From Flavobacteriales bacterium UBA3364 (GTDB taxonomy: Bacteria; Bacteroidota; Bacteroidia; Flavobacteriales_F; PHOS-HE28), in NCBI GenBank assembly GCA_002360495.1, contig DEQO01000077.1:11572-75571 (forward strand): DNA of 64,000 bases, in the 5' to 3' direction. Positions within the stretch are counted from its first letter, which is position 1; every line of letters begins with the position of its first letter. The notes under the pieces were generated by a model. That model saw only the letters and a program-made list of their open reading frames with translations, did not search any database and had not been told where the DNA came from. The position numbers and the translations under genes are program-made. Of the stretch, positions 19,266 to 29,065 are shown in pieces.

Positions 19266-21124
19266 AGCACATGAGATCCCTGTTGCTGTTGGTCGCGCTG
19301 GTCACTTCACCGGTCATCACCCTCGCCCAACCTGCCGCGGATGAGCAACTGGCCGCACAGTATTTCCAGCAGGGCGATTACGCCAAGGCGATCCTCTACT
19401 ACGAGAAACTCCATCGCAAACAACCCACGGAGTACTACTACGAACAGCTCTTCAAGAGCTACACGGCACTGAAGGACCTGGAGAGCGCGGAAAAGCTCGT
19501 GAAGGACCAGATGCGCCGGGCCAACGGGGATCCGCGTTACATCATCGACCTGGGCAGCCTGTACAAAGCCGGTGGCGACGAGGACAAGGCGGCGAAGGAG
19601 TTCGACAAAGCCTTGCGACAGATGCGGGCGGACCAGGCCAGCATCCGGCAGGTAGCGAACGCCTTCATCGAGGTGAACGAGACGGACCGTGCGCTGGAAA
19701 CGTACGAGCGCGGCGGGAAAATGCTTTCCGACGGACAAGGCTTCGCCTACGAGATCGCCGGTCTGTACGGTGCGAAAGGCGACATCCAGAAAATGGTGAG
19801 CGCGTACATGGACCTGCTCGCCGTTAACGAAGGGTACATCCAGACAGTACAGAACGCACTTTCGCGGAGCATCGACTTCTCCCAGCCCAGTGAACGGTCG
19901 GAGATCCTGCGCACAGAACTGTTGCGCCGTATCCAGAAGGACCCACAACGCACCGTTTATCCCGAACAATTGATCTGGATGTACATCCAGCAGAAGGACC
20001 TCAACGCCGCGTTCGTCCAGAGCAAGGCCATGGACAAGCGGTTCGATGAAGGCGGGGCGCGCTTGATGGACCTGGCCAACATCGCCCTGGCCAACAAGGA
20101 CTACGGCACGGCCTTCAAGAGCTATGAGTACGTCCTGAGCCTTGCGCGGAACGATGCCAACTACGTGCAGGCCAAGATCGGCTCGGTGCGCACGCGGTAC
20201 GAACAACTCACGACCGAACCGGAACCCGCCCTCGTGGACCTGCAGGACCTCGACCAGCGCGCGGCGAACACGTTGACGGAACTCGGGTTGGGGCAGGCCA
20301 CCATGGACCTGTTGCGCGACCGCGCCCATCTGAAGGCCTACTACCTGAACGACCAGGCCGGGGCCGTGTCGTTGCTGGAAGAAGGCATCGACACACCGAC
20401 CATCGACCCCAAAACGCGCGCGCAATTGAAACTGGACCTGGGCGATGTACACCTCCTCGGTGGGGATATCTGGGAAGCCTCGCTGCTCTATTCGCAGGTG
20501 GACCTTGAATTCAAATACGATGTGCTGGGACATGAGGCCCGGTTGCGCAACGCCAAAGTGTCCTTCTATGCGGGCGACTTCCTTTGGTCACAGGCCCAAT
20601 TGCAGGTGTTGAAAGCGAGCACGAGCAAGCTCATCGCCAACGACGCCATGGAACTCTCCCTCCGCATCACCGACAACCTGGGGCTGGACAGCAACAGTGT
20701 TCCCTTGAGCTACTTCGCACGCGCCGAACTGCTGCGGTTCCAGCATCGCTACGACGAATCGCTCGCGGTACTGGATTCCCTGGACAGTGCATACCCGGCA
20801 CACAGCCTCGGTGACGACATCCTGTACGAACGCTACCGCATCGCGTATGCACGCCACCGTTACGCGGAGGCCGCAGTCTTCCTGGACAAGGTGCTGGAGC
20901 TCCATCCGCTCGATATCCTCGTGGACAACGCGATGCTGGATCTCGGAAAATTGTACGAGGACCGGCTGAAAGACCCCGAAAAGGCCAAAGCGTATTACGA
21001 GCGCTTGCTGTTCGAACAAACGGGCAGCATCTTCGTTCCCGAAGCCCGGGAGCGTTTCAGGAAGTTGCGCGGCGATGTCCTGGAAGCTCCTCCTGAACCT
21101 ACAGCGCCCACACCCCAGCCATGA
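19262..21124 (+). CDS. Tetratricopeptide-repeat protein (secreted)
   Basis: 620 aa. It has a signal peptide (LLLLVALVTSPVITLAQ) and many TPR-like helix pairs (for example AAQYFQQGDYAKAILYYEKL). The start overlaps the upstream stop in ATGA. Confidence 0.8.
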   Translation: MKHMRSLLLLVALVTSPVITLAQPAADEQLAAQYFQQGDYAKAILYYEKLHRKQPTEYYYEQLFKSYTALKDLESAEKLVKDQMRRANGDPRYIIDLGSLYKAGGDEDKAAKEFDKALRQMRADQASIRQVANAFIEVNETDRALETYERGGKMLSDGQGFAYEIAGLYGAKGDIQKMVSAYMDLLAVNEGYIQTVQNALSRSIDFSQPSERSEILRTELLRRIQKDPQRTVYPEQLIWMYIQQKDLNAAFVQSKAMDKRFDEGGARLMDLANIALANKDYGTAFKSYEYVLSLARNDANYVQAKIGSVRTRYEQLTTEPEPALVDLQDLDQRAANTLTELGLGQATMDLLRDRAHLKAYYLNDQAGAVSLLEEGIDTPTIDPKTRAQLKLDLGDVHLLGGDIWEASLLYSQVDLEFKYDVLGHEARLRNAKVSFYAGDFLWSQAQLQVLKASTSKLIANDAMELSLRITDNLGLDSNSVPLSYFARAELLRFQHRYDESLAVLDSLDSAYPAHSLGDDILYERYRIAYARHRYAEAAVFLDKVLELHPLDILVDNAMLDLGKLYEDRLKDPEKAKAYYERLLFEQTGSIFVPEARERFRKLRGDVLEAPPEPTAPTPQP

Positions 21125-21429
21125 TCATCTACAACGTGACGATCAACGTGGACGTGGATGTCCACGAGGAATGGCTGGCATGGATGAAGGGAACGCATAT
21201 TCCCGCTGTGATGGCCACCGGCCTTATCCTGGACAACCGGCTCTGTCGGGTGCTCGCCGAGGAAGAGGGCGGGATCACCTTTGCCGTGCAATACACGTTC
21301 GCGGACCTGGCCACCTACGAGCGCTACCGCAATGAGCATGCACCACGCCTCCAAGCAGAGACACAGGATCGCTACGGAGGAAAATTCGTAGCGTTCCGCA
21401 CTTTGCTGGAAGTGCTGCACACGAATTGA
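21121..21429 (+). CDS. DUF4286-family protein
   Basis: 102 aa. MIIYNVTINVDVDVHEEWLAWMKGTHIPAVMATG matches my recollection of the DUF4286 N-terminus. The start overlaps the upstream stop in ATGA. Confidence 0.65.
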   Translation: MIIYNVTINVDVDVHEEWLAWMKGTHIPAVMATGLILDNRLCRVLAEEEGGITFAVQYTFADLATYERYRNEHAPRLQAETQDRYGGKFVAFRTLLEVLHTN

Positions 21430-21506
21430 TCGGGGGGTGTGATCCGGGAAGTCCCATTTGTGAAGCAAGACGAAACGCATCCCACACTTCAGACCTCACA
21501 CGTTCC

Positions 21507-22271
21507 ATGCACGTCCGTGCCAAGAAGCACCTCGGTCAGCATTTCCTGAAGGAGGATGCCATTTCGCAACGGATCGCGAACAGCCTTACAGGACACGGCG
21601 GTTACAGGCATATCATTGAAGTGGGACCGGGGACCGGGGCGCTGACGAAGCATCTGGTCGGCCGTGCAGACATGCGCCTGGTGTGCTACGAAGTGGATAC
21701 CGAATCAGTGGAGCATCTCCATCACCAGTTCCCGGGGTTGGAGGTCCGGGAAAGCGATTTCCTCCGCATGGATCCGGACTCCATAACCGAAGGGCCCATT
21801 GCCGTGATCGGGAACTTCCCATACAACATCAGTACGGAGATCGTCTTCAAGGTGCTGGAACATCGCGACCAATTCCCCGAACTCGTCGGCATGTTCCAAA
21901 AGGAGGTCGCCGATCGGTTCTGCAGCGGGCCGGACAATCGCACCTACGGCATCACCAGTGTGCTCGCCCAGGCGTGGTACGACATGGAAGTGCTCTTCCT
22001 GGTGGAACCCGAAGCGTTCATTCCACCGCCCAGGGTGCGCAGTGCCGTGATCCGGATGAAGCGCAACGCCATGACCACCATGCCGTGCGATGAGGTGCTC
22101 TTTGCACGTTTGGTCAAAGCTGCTTTCAATCAGCGGCGCAAGACCCTGCACAATGCATTGAAGGGCTTTCCAGCGCTGCCATCAGGGGTGCCGGCGGAAT
22201 TCGCGGGGAAGCGGGCGGAACAACTGTCGGTGACCGATTTCATGGCCTTGGCACAGGCGTGCACAGCCTAG
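21507..22271 (+). CDS. rsmA: 16S rRNA (adenine1518/1519-N6)-dimethyltransferase
   Basis: 254 aa starting MHVRAKKHLGQHFL (ATG at 21507). It has the EVGPGTGALT SAM motif and NFPYNIST. Confidence 0.92.
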   Translation: MHVRAKKHLGQHFLKEDAISQRIANSLTGHGGYRHIIEVGPGTGALTKHLVGRADMRLVCYEVDTESVEHLHHQFPGLEVRESDFLRMDPDSITEGPIAVIGNFPYNISTEIVFKVLEHRDQFPELVGMFQKEVADRFCSGPDNRTYGITSVLAQAWYDMEVLFLVEPEAFIPPPRVRSAVIRMKRNAMTTMPCDEVLFARLVKAAFNQRRKTLHNALKGFPALPSGVPAEFAGKRAEQLSVTDFMALAQACTA

Positions 22272-22329
22272 TCCCGCCTTGCCTGTCTTCGTAGCTTCGC
22301 GCGGCTCGTCCGGATCGGATGGCCTGCAC

Positions 22330-23697
22330 ATGTCGTTCGAGCTCACCAAACCATTACTGGACAGCCTTCGTGGCGACGTGGCCGAAGGCCGGGACTCGGC
22401 CATCCAGGCAGTGCTGGGAGAATTACATCCAGCGGATGTGGCAGCCATGATCGACCGCCTCGGACTGGATGAGGCCGTTTACGTCTACCGCCTGCTGGAA
22501 AGTGAGACCGCCGCAGAGGTCCTGATCGAACTGGACGAGGACCTGCGCGAAGAACTCTTGAACTCGCTCACCAGTCGGGAGATCGCGGAAGACGTGTTGG
22601 AGCACATCGACTCCGACGATGCGGCCGACGTGATGGCCGATCTCTCCGAGGACAAACAGCGCGAGGTGATCGCACTGCTCGATGACCAGGAGCAGCGTGA
22701 GGACATCCAGGAACTGCTGACCTATGCAGAAGGGACCGCCGGGGCACTTATGGCCAAGGAGTTGATCAGCGTGCGCACCGACTGGAGCGTGGCCCGGGCG
22801 ATCGTGGACATGCGCAGGCAGGCGCAGAAAGTGGAACACGTCTACACGATATACGTCGTGGACAAGGACGATCGGCTCTTCGGGATCCTCCCGTTGAAGG
22901 ACCTTCTGTTCAATGCGGAGAGCACGCGAACGTTGATCAAGCACATCTGCCAGACCGATGCCGTTTCCGTGACCACGGATACCGAAGTGGACGAAGTCGT
23001 GAACCGGATGAAGAAGTACGATGTGGTGGTGCTTCCTGTGGTGGATGAGAACGACGTCCTCGTCGGTCGCATCACGTTCGATGATGTGATGGACGTGATG
23101 ACCGAAGAGGCCGAAGAGGACTATCAACTGGCCAGCGGTATCAGCGAGGACGTCGATGCCACGGACAGCCCGATCGTACAGGTGCGTGCCCGCCTGCCCT
23201 GGTTGCTCATCGGGCTGGCCGGAGGGGTGATCTCCTCCCGTATCATCGCCCAATACGAAGGTCAGTTACGGATCGATCCGGCCATGGCCTTCTTCATGCC
23301 CTTGATCGCTGCAACGGCCGGGAACGTCGGGGTGCAATCCTCCGCCATCGTGGTGCAAGGGCTCGCTTCAGGAAGTATGGAAGGCGTGAACCTGCTGGCG
23401 AGGATGTGGAAGGAACTGCGTGTGGCGTTGATCACCGCCTTCGTGTGCGGATCGGTGATCTTCGCCATCAATTTCGCCCTGGAACAGAGCCAGGCATTGA
23501 GCTATACCGTGAGCATCGCCTTGTTCACCGTGATCCTGACCGCCGCCATGTTCGGTACCGTGATCCCTTTGCTGCTGGACCGGATGAAGGTGGATCCAGC
23601 CCTCGCGACAGGGCCGTTCGTGACCACGTTGAACGACATCTTCGGCCTGCTGACCTATTTCACCGTGGGCCATCTCCTGTACGATCTTCTTCCGTGA
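22330..23697 (+). CDS. mgtE: Magnesium transporter MgtE
   Basis: 455 aa starting MSFELTKPLLDSL. It has an acidic MgtE N-domain, a CBS pair (PVVDENDVLVGRITFDDVMDV) and a C-terminal 5-TM domain. Confidence 0.92.
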   Translation: MSFELTKPLLDSLRGDVAEGRDSAIQAVLGELHPADVAAMIDRLGLDEAVYVYRLLESETAAEVLIELDEDLREELLNSLTSREIAEDVLEHIDSDDAADVMADLSEDKQREVIALLDDQEQREDIQELLTYAEGTAGALMAKELISVRTDWSVARAIVDMRRQAQKVEHVYTIYVVDKDDRLFGILPLKDLLFNAESTRTLIKHICQTDAVSVTTDTEVDEVVNRMKKYDVVVLPVVDENDVLVGRITFDDVMDVMTEEAEEDYQLASGISEDVDATDSPIVQVRARLPWLLIGLAGGVISSRIIAQYEGQLRIDPAMAFFMPLIAATAGNVGVQSSAIVVQGLASGSMEGVNLLARMWKELRVALITAFVCGSVIFAINFALEQSQALSYTVSIALFTVILTAAMFGTVIPLLLDRMKVDPALATGPFVTTLNDIFGLLTYFTVGHLLYDLLP

Positions 23698-24644
23698 TGC
23701 GAATCGGGATCCTGGACGTGACACATCCCGTGCTTGCCCAACGCCTGGGGCAGGCTGGACATACCTGCATCAACATGTATGCGATGCCCGGTCGTGAACA
23801 CGAACAAGCGCTCCCAACGCTCGACGGGATCGTTGTACGCAGCCGGTCCATCGATCGTGCGTTCCTGGAGCGCTGTCCGAACGTCAAATTCATCGGCCGC
23901 GTCGGGGCCGGTATGGAGAACATCGACGCGGCAGCGTGCCGCAAACGGGGGATCCACCTGATGAATTCCCCGGAAGGCAACCGTGATGGCGTGGGCGAAA
24001 GTTGTGTGATGCTGTTGCTTGCGTTGATGAAATCACTTGTGCATGCGAACATGTCGGTACGCGCCGGCCTGTGGCCACGTGAAGCCTTGCGAGGGACCGA
24101 CCTGAAGGGCAAGACCATCGGTATCATCGGCTTCGGTCAGATGGGCAGTGCATTCGCAGAGAAGTTGCGCGGCTTCGGTGTGCGCATCCTCGGCCATGAC
24201 AAGTACCGCAGCGGATTCGCGCGGGCGGGAGTGGAGGAATGCGGTCTGGAGCAGTTGTTGCGCGAAAGCGATGTGATCAGCCTGCACCTTCCCTTGAACG
24301 ACGGGACCAGGTATTACGCGGACCAGGCCTTCTTCGACCGGTTGCGCAACCCGGTGTGGTTCCTGAACACCTCACGTGGCGGCGTAGTGCGAACGAGCGC
24401 TTTGCTCGATGCGATCGACTCGGGCAAGGTGATCGCCGCTGCGCTCGATGTGCTCGAATATGAGCGACCCGAACTGGATGGATTGGATGCGGAGATGGAT
24501 CCCATCGGACAACAACGGCTGCTCCGCCATGATCGTGTGCTGCTCACGCCGCACATCGCCGGTGTCACCCACGAAGGCAGGTCCAAGATGGCCGATGTGC
24601 TCGCCACCAAGATCCTCGCGCTCTATCCGCATGGAACGAACTGA
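23697..24644 (+). CDS. D-isomer-specific 2-hydroxyacid dehydrogenase (phosphoglycerate dehydrogenase-like)
   Basis: 315 aa starting MRIGILDV (ATG at 23697, a TGATG overlap with mgtE). It has the GIIGFGQMGSAF NAD motif and the catalytic TPHIAG. Confidence 0.85.
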   Translation: MRIGILDVTHPVLAQRLGQAGHTCINMYAMPGREHEQALPTLDGIVVRSRSIDRAFLERCPNVKFIGRVGAGMENIDAAACRKRGIHLMNSPEGNRDGVGESCVMLLLALMKSLVHANMSVRAGLWPREALRGTDLKGKTIGIIGFGQMGSAFAEKLRGFGVRILGHDKYRSGFARAGVEECGLEQLLRESDVISLHLPLNDGTRYYADQAFFDRLRNPVWFLNTSRGGVVRTSALLDAIDSGKVIAAALDVLEYERPELDGLDAEMDPIGQQRLLRHDRVLLTPHIAGVTHEGRSKMADVLATKILALYPHGTN

Positions 24645-25527
24645 TCTTCTCACCACGGCCTTTCTTGTCGTCGTACTCTCAGCCTGCATGCCCCAAAAGA
24701 ACCATCACCCGGATATCCATGGTCACCGCGGCTGTCGTGGACTGTTGCCGGAGAACACCATCCCGGCCTTCCTCAAAGCCACGGAACTCGGCTGCGACTT
24801 CCTTGAACTGGACGTGGTGATGAGCAAGGACGGCCAGGTGATCGTTTCCCACGAACCATGGCTGCGACACGACCTGTGCTTGCAGCCCAACGGCGATCCG
24901 ATACCGGAGGCCACGGAACGCGAACTCAATCTTTACGGCATGACCGTGGAAGAAATACAGGCCTGCGATTGCGCTTCGCTGGAACAGGCCGACTTCCCCG
25001 ATCAGGACCAGCGCAAAGCCCACAAACCCACCTTGCGCGAAGTGGTGGAGGCCGTGGATGAACATGCGCTGTTGAGCGGCGTGGCACCTCCATCGTTCAA
25101 CATCGAGATCAAGAGCGACCCCGCCCTCTACGACACCTTCCAGCCCCGTCCAGGGCCGTTCGCAAGCCAGGTGCTCGCGACCATCGATTCGTTGGGTCTT
25201 GCCGATCGCTGCATCGTACAGTCCTTCGATCCCGCCGTGTTGGAAGCGGTGCATGCCGAACGTGACGATATCCCGCTGGCGCTGCTCGTGGAACAAGCGG
25301 ACCTTGAACGGGACCTCAGCAGCTTGACCTTCACCCCGAACATCTACAGCCCGCATTTCTCGGCGGTGGACAGCTCCATGCTGGGTACACTGCGGACCAA
25401 GGAGATCGATCTCGTGGTGTGGACGGTCAATGAGGTCGCTGATATCCGTCGCATGCTCGACCTCGGTGTCGATGGCATCATCAGTGACTACCCGGATCGT
25501 GTGATCGGGATCCTCGAAGATCAGTGA
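24631..25527 (+). CDS. Glycerophosphodiester phosphodiesterase
   Basis: 298 aa starting MERTDLLTTAFLVVVLSAC (lipoprotein-like). It has HGHRGCRGLLPENT and ELDVVMSKDG motifs. The start overlaps the upstream gene by 14 nt. Confidence 0.85.
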   Translation: MERTDLLTTAFLVVVLSACMPQKNHHPDIHGHRGCRGLLPENTIPAFLKATELGCDFLELDVVMSKDGQVIVSHEPWLRHDLCLQPNGDPIPEATERELNLYGMTVEEIQACDCASLEQADFPDQDQRKAHKPTLREVVEAVDEHALLSGVAPPSFNIEIKSDPALYDTFQPRPGPFASQVLATIDSLGLADRCIVQSFDPAVLEAVHAERDDIPLALLVEQADLERDLSSLTFTPNIYSPHFSAVDSSMLGTLRTKEIDLVVWTVNEVADIRRMLDLGVDGIISDYPDRVIGILEDQ

Positions 25528-26570
25528 CCGATCCGGTCGAGCACGTCCGCGATGCCCTGTTCCAACGCATCGAGGTCGGCATCCTGGCGGGCCTGTTCGG
25601 TCGCAGCCTCTGGAGAGACGATCCGTGCGCACAGTGCGGTGAACCGCTCGTGGTCGAAGTTGACCAGTTGGGGCTTCAGGGAGTGCACCACGCGCAGCAC
25701 TTTCGCCTTGTCGCCACGTGCCCTGGCATCGCGCAAGGCCGAAAGGCGTTCGGGGGCCATCTTCCTGAACATCGCCACCACGATCGGGTCGATATCCGCC
25801 GCCGGTGAAGGCTCCGGTGCGAGAGGAACAACGGGTGCTGTGATCGGACCGGGCAATGGAAGATCCGGGGGTGGAACGACACGGACCTGTTCCGTTGTTC
25901 GGTGCTCTTTCAGCGCCACGATCTCCGAACGCAGGTCATGCAGCTCCGCCCGGATCTTCCGGTCCGAACGACCGGAGCGCCGAACGACAACCCCGAGCGT
26001 GAACAGGAAAAGCACACCTGACCCCACAGCGATCCACATCCATCGCTGGCTTCGGACCTCCGCTTCGCTTCCGACGGCCATCGCTTCGGAGAGCGCTTCG
26101 CTCCAGACCTGTAGCAAGCTGTCACGTTCGACCGCTGCGATCGCGCGTTGCTGCCGGGCCATGGATACCGAGGCTTCCTGCTGGGCCGAACGTTCGTCTT
26201 CGCCCAAGGCAACGACCGTCATCGCTTCAGCGTAGGCCGACCGATGGTCCCCGATCCGTTCATAGTGCTGCGCCAACTGCGTCCGGACCTGCATCTCCGT
26301 AACGCGGTCCAGCTTGCCCGCGAGCGCTACGGCATCCTTCAAGAGCACGGTGGCCTCCTTCGGCTTCACCAGCGGGGCCAGTTGCAGGCGAACAGCCAGG
26401 GCCTCCTCATCGTCACCGAGCGAATCGGCCACGTGCATGAGGGAACGATGACCCGCGATCACCTTCTTCAAACTGTCCGCAGCCTGTTGACCTGACCGCC
26501 CAAGCACTGGGGTGCCGCCCCAGAGAAGCAAGGAAGCGGTGAAGCAAAGGGTCCGGGAAATGCGGGTCAT
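25521..26570 (-). CDS. Membrane-anchored protein with a C-terminal HPt-like (histidine phosphotransfer) domain
   Basis: 349 aa. The order is signal peptide, ~170-aa helical exoplasmic region, TM helix (WMWIAVGSGVLFLFTLGVVV), Pro-rich linker, then a ~90-aa helical C-terminus with VVHSLKPQLVNF resembling the HxLK motif of Hpt domains. Confidence 0.55.
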   Translation of the reverse strand: MTRISRTLCFTASLLLWGGTPVLGRSGQQAADSLKKVIAGHRSLMHVADSLGDDEEALAVRLQLAPLVKPKEATVLLKDAVALAGKLDRVTEMQVRTQLAQHYERIGDHRSAYAEAMTVVALGEDERSAQQEASVSMARQQRAIAAVERDSLLQVWSEALSEAMAVGSEAEVRSQRWMWIAVGSGVLFLFTLGVVVRRSGRSDRKIRAELHDLRSEIVALKEHRTTEQVRVVPPPDLPLPGPITAPVVPLAPEPSPAADIDPIVVAMFRKMAPERLSALRDARARGDKAKVLRVVHSLKPQLVNFDHERFTALCARIVSPEAATEQARQDADLDALEQGIADVLDRIGH

Positions 26571-26598
26571 GGCGCGAAGCTACCTACAGCGCAGGAAG

Positions 26599-27852
26599 CT
26601 ACTTCACCACGAACCGCGCCGTACTCCTGCTGCGTTGTTCAAGCAGGACCTCCCGTCCGGAGGTCAGCATTCCCAACGTGGCGTCGTCGAAGTGGCGTAC
26701 GGTGATCAGCTCACAGCCCTCGTTGTACCGCACCTCATAATCCTTGCGCAACTCCTCGATCAACTGCCTGGAGCGCGGGGTGTCCTCGGCCGAAACACTG
26801 AAGGCGACGGCACTGTTCTGCATCAAGTCGATGCGGATGTTCCGGTCGGCGAACTGCTTGAAGATGTCGCTGAGGTTCTCCTCGACGATGAAGCTCAGGT
26901 CACGTGGGGTGATGCTGATGAGCAGTTGTTTCGGCTTGACGATGAATGACGGGACCAATGAATCGTTCTCGCTGCGGTCGTCGATCGTGCTGCCCGGTGC
27001 GGCAAGGTCCATGAACGAGCGCACGTAGAGCGGGATGTGCTTCTTCTGCAACGGCTGCAAGGTCCGTGGATGGATCACGCTGGCACCGAAGTAGCTCAGT
27101 TCGATCGCCTCCCGGTAGCTGATGTGCGATAGAAGCCTGGTGTCCGGGAAGAGCTTGGGATCGGCGTTGAACATTCCTGGCACGTCCTTCCATATCGTGA
27201 CACTTTCGGCATCCAACAGGTAGGCGAAGATGGCCGCACTGAAGTCCGATCCTTCTCGGCCCAGTGTGGTGGTCTCCCCTTCGGAATTGCAGCCGATGAA
27301 GCCCTGCGTAACGACACGTACCGGTTTCGTGGGAACCTCGCTCAGCACGGTCGCGGACAGACCTTCCGACGAGGACCAATCAATGCGTGCGCTGCGGTAC
27401 GTGTCGTCGGTACGGACCACGGTGCGGGCATCCAACCAGGTGTTCGCGATGCCGGCATGCCTCAGGTAGGCGCTCACGATCAAGGTGCTCCAGATCTCGC
27501 CTTGCGAAACGATCGCGTCGTACTCGCGGTCCACGTTCCCTGACGGGACACGCTTCAAGGAGGTGCCCAACTGGTCGAACCGCAAGATCAACTCCGCAGC
27601 GGCCGTCACGTCATCGGGGGCCACTTCGGCAAGGATCGACAGGTGCGACGCACGCAACGCCGCGACCTTGTCCGCGACCTCGGCCCCGTCGCAATAGCCC
27701 CATACCACCGCTTCCAAGGCATTGGTCGTCTTCCCCATCGCGCTCACCACGATCAGCAGGTCGTCCAAGGCGAAGTGCTTCAATACGTTCGCCATGTTGC
27801 GCACACCCGCTGCGTCCTTCACACTGGCACCACCGAATTTGAAGACCTTCAT
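26599..27852 (-). CDS. Aspartate kinase (monofunctional)
   Basis: 417 aa. It starts MKVFKFGGASVKDA, has an amino-acid-kinase fold, and ends in ACT-like repeats. Confidence 0.92.
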   Translation of the reverse strand: MKVFKFGGASVKDAAGVRNMANVLKHFALDDLLIVVSAMGKTTNALEAVVWGYCDGAEVADKVAALRASHLSILAEVAPDDVTAAAELILRFDQLGTSLKRVPSGNVDREYDAIVSQGEIWSTLIVSAYLRHAGIANTWLDARTVVRTDDTYRSARIDWSSSEGLSATVLSEVPTKPVRVVTQGFIGCNSEGETTTLGREGSDFSAAIFAYLLDAESVTIWKDVPGMFNADPKLFPDTRLLSHISYREAIELSYFGASVIHPRTLQPLQKKHIPLYVRSFMDLAAPGSTIDDRSENDSLVPSFIVKPKQLLISITPRDLSFIVEENLSDIFKQFADRNIRIDLMQNSAVAFSVSAEDTPRSRQLIEELRKDYEVRYNEGCELITVRHFDDATLGMLTSGREVLLEQRSRSTARFVVK

Positions 27853-27855
27853 CGC

Positions 27856-29064
27856 TCAACCGTTGTTCTGTTCCGAAAGATGCGGAAGTGCGACCACTTG
27901 GAAGCCATCGCGGCCGTCGCCGAGCAGCAATGACAGTTCGCTGAGGGTGATCCAGCCGACCACGCGCATTGCATCCGCACTGCTTTCCAGCGATCGGACC
28001 TTGTCGAACAGGGCCAGCAGTTCCTGGTGCGTCGCAGGGATGCGCGCGTATACCAGGATGCGTTGATCCCCGAACGACGGCTCCGGCGCACGGACGTTCA
28101 CCTTGGCATAGGCATAACCACCACCTTGGAGCAGTTGCTGAACGTCGCTGAGCACCGCCAACCCGGTCGGCAACCTGCCCGCACCCCGGCCTTGCAGGAA
28201 ATGTGTGCCTGAATGTGCTCCTTCGATCCGTACGGCGTTGTATTCGTTACGTACGAAGGCGAAGGGATCGTTGACGGGAACGAAGGTGGGCAGCACGTGT
28301 GCTACGAGCTTGCCCTCGGGTGAACGGTATGCCGATGCGACGAGCCGCACGCACCATCCACGTTCCGATCCAAAAGCGATGTCCTCCGCCTCCAGTTCCT
28401 CGATGCCATGCCGCAGGATCCCACATGGGGCCAATACGGTACCGAACGCATGCGCGATGAGGATCACCAGCTTGTAGCGCGTGTCATCGCCGCTCAAGTC
28501 GGATGTGGGATCGGCCTCCGCGAACCCCGCTTTTTGTGCCTGCCGCAGCGCCGTTCCCGGTGGAACGTCCTCCTCCTGTGCCTTGGTCAGGATGTAGTTC
28601 GTTGTGCCGTTCAGGATACCATCGATCCGCAACACCTCTTCACCGCTGAAATGCGTTTCCAAGGTCCGCACCACGGGTATGCTCGCGGCACACGAAGCTT
28701 CGTAGAGCAATGTCCGACCGGTGGCCCGCTGCAACGCGATCAGCGCCGCCAGGTTCTCCGCGACCACCCGTTTGCTCGCCGTGATGGCGTGGCGCCCGGA
28801 GTTCAACGCATGCTTTATCAATTCGAACCCGAGCGTGGGATCATTGGTGAGCTCCACGATGACGCCCACCTGCTCGTCGCCCAGGATATCGAAGGCTTCG
28901 TAGGTGAGCGCAGCGTTGCCGATCATACGCTCCCGCCCGCGCTCTTTCACACATACATGCTTCACATACGCAGCCGTTCCGCCATGCGCGTTCAGCAGTT
29001 CCAAGAACCCTTGTCCCACGCAGCCATGGCCGAAGGTGCCTATCGTCAGTGATGCGGTCTCCAT
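27856..29064 (-). CDS. hom: Homoserine dehydrogenase
   Basis: 402 aa starting METASLTIGTFGHGCVGQGF (ATG at 29064). It contains the GILNGTTNYILT motif. Confidence 0.88.
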   Translation of the reverse strand: METASLTIGTFGHGCVGQGFLELLNAHGGTAAYVKHVCVKERGRERMIGNAALTYEAFDILGDEQVGVIVELTNDPTLGFELIKHALNSGRHAITASKRVVAENLAALIALQRATGRTLLYEASCAASIPVVRTLETHFSGEEVLRIDGILNGTTNYILTKAQEEDVPPGTALRQAQKAGFAEADPTSDLSGDDTRYKLVILIAHAFGTVLAPCGILRHGIEELEAEDIAFGSERGWCVRLVASAYRSPEGKLVAHVLPTFVPVNDPFAFVRNEYNAVRIEGAHSGTHFLQGRGAGRLPTGLAVLSDVQQLLQGGGYAYAKVNVRAPEPSFGDQRILVYARIPATHQELLALFDKVRSLESSADAMRVVGWITLSELSLLLGDGRDGFQVVALPHLSEQNNG

Positions 29065-29065
29065 C

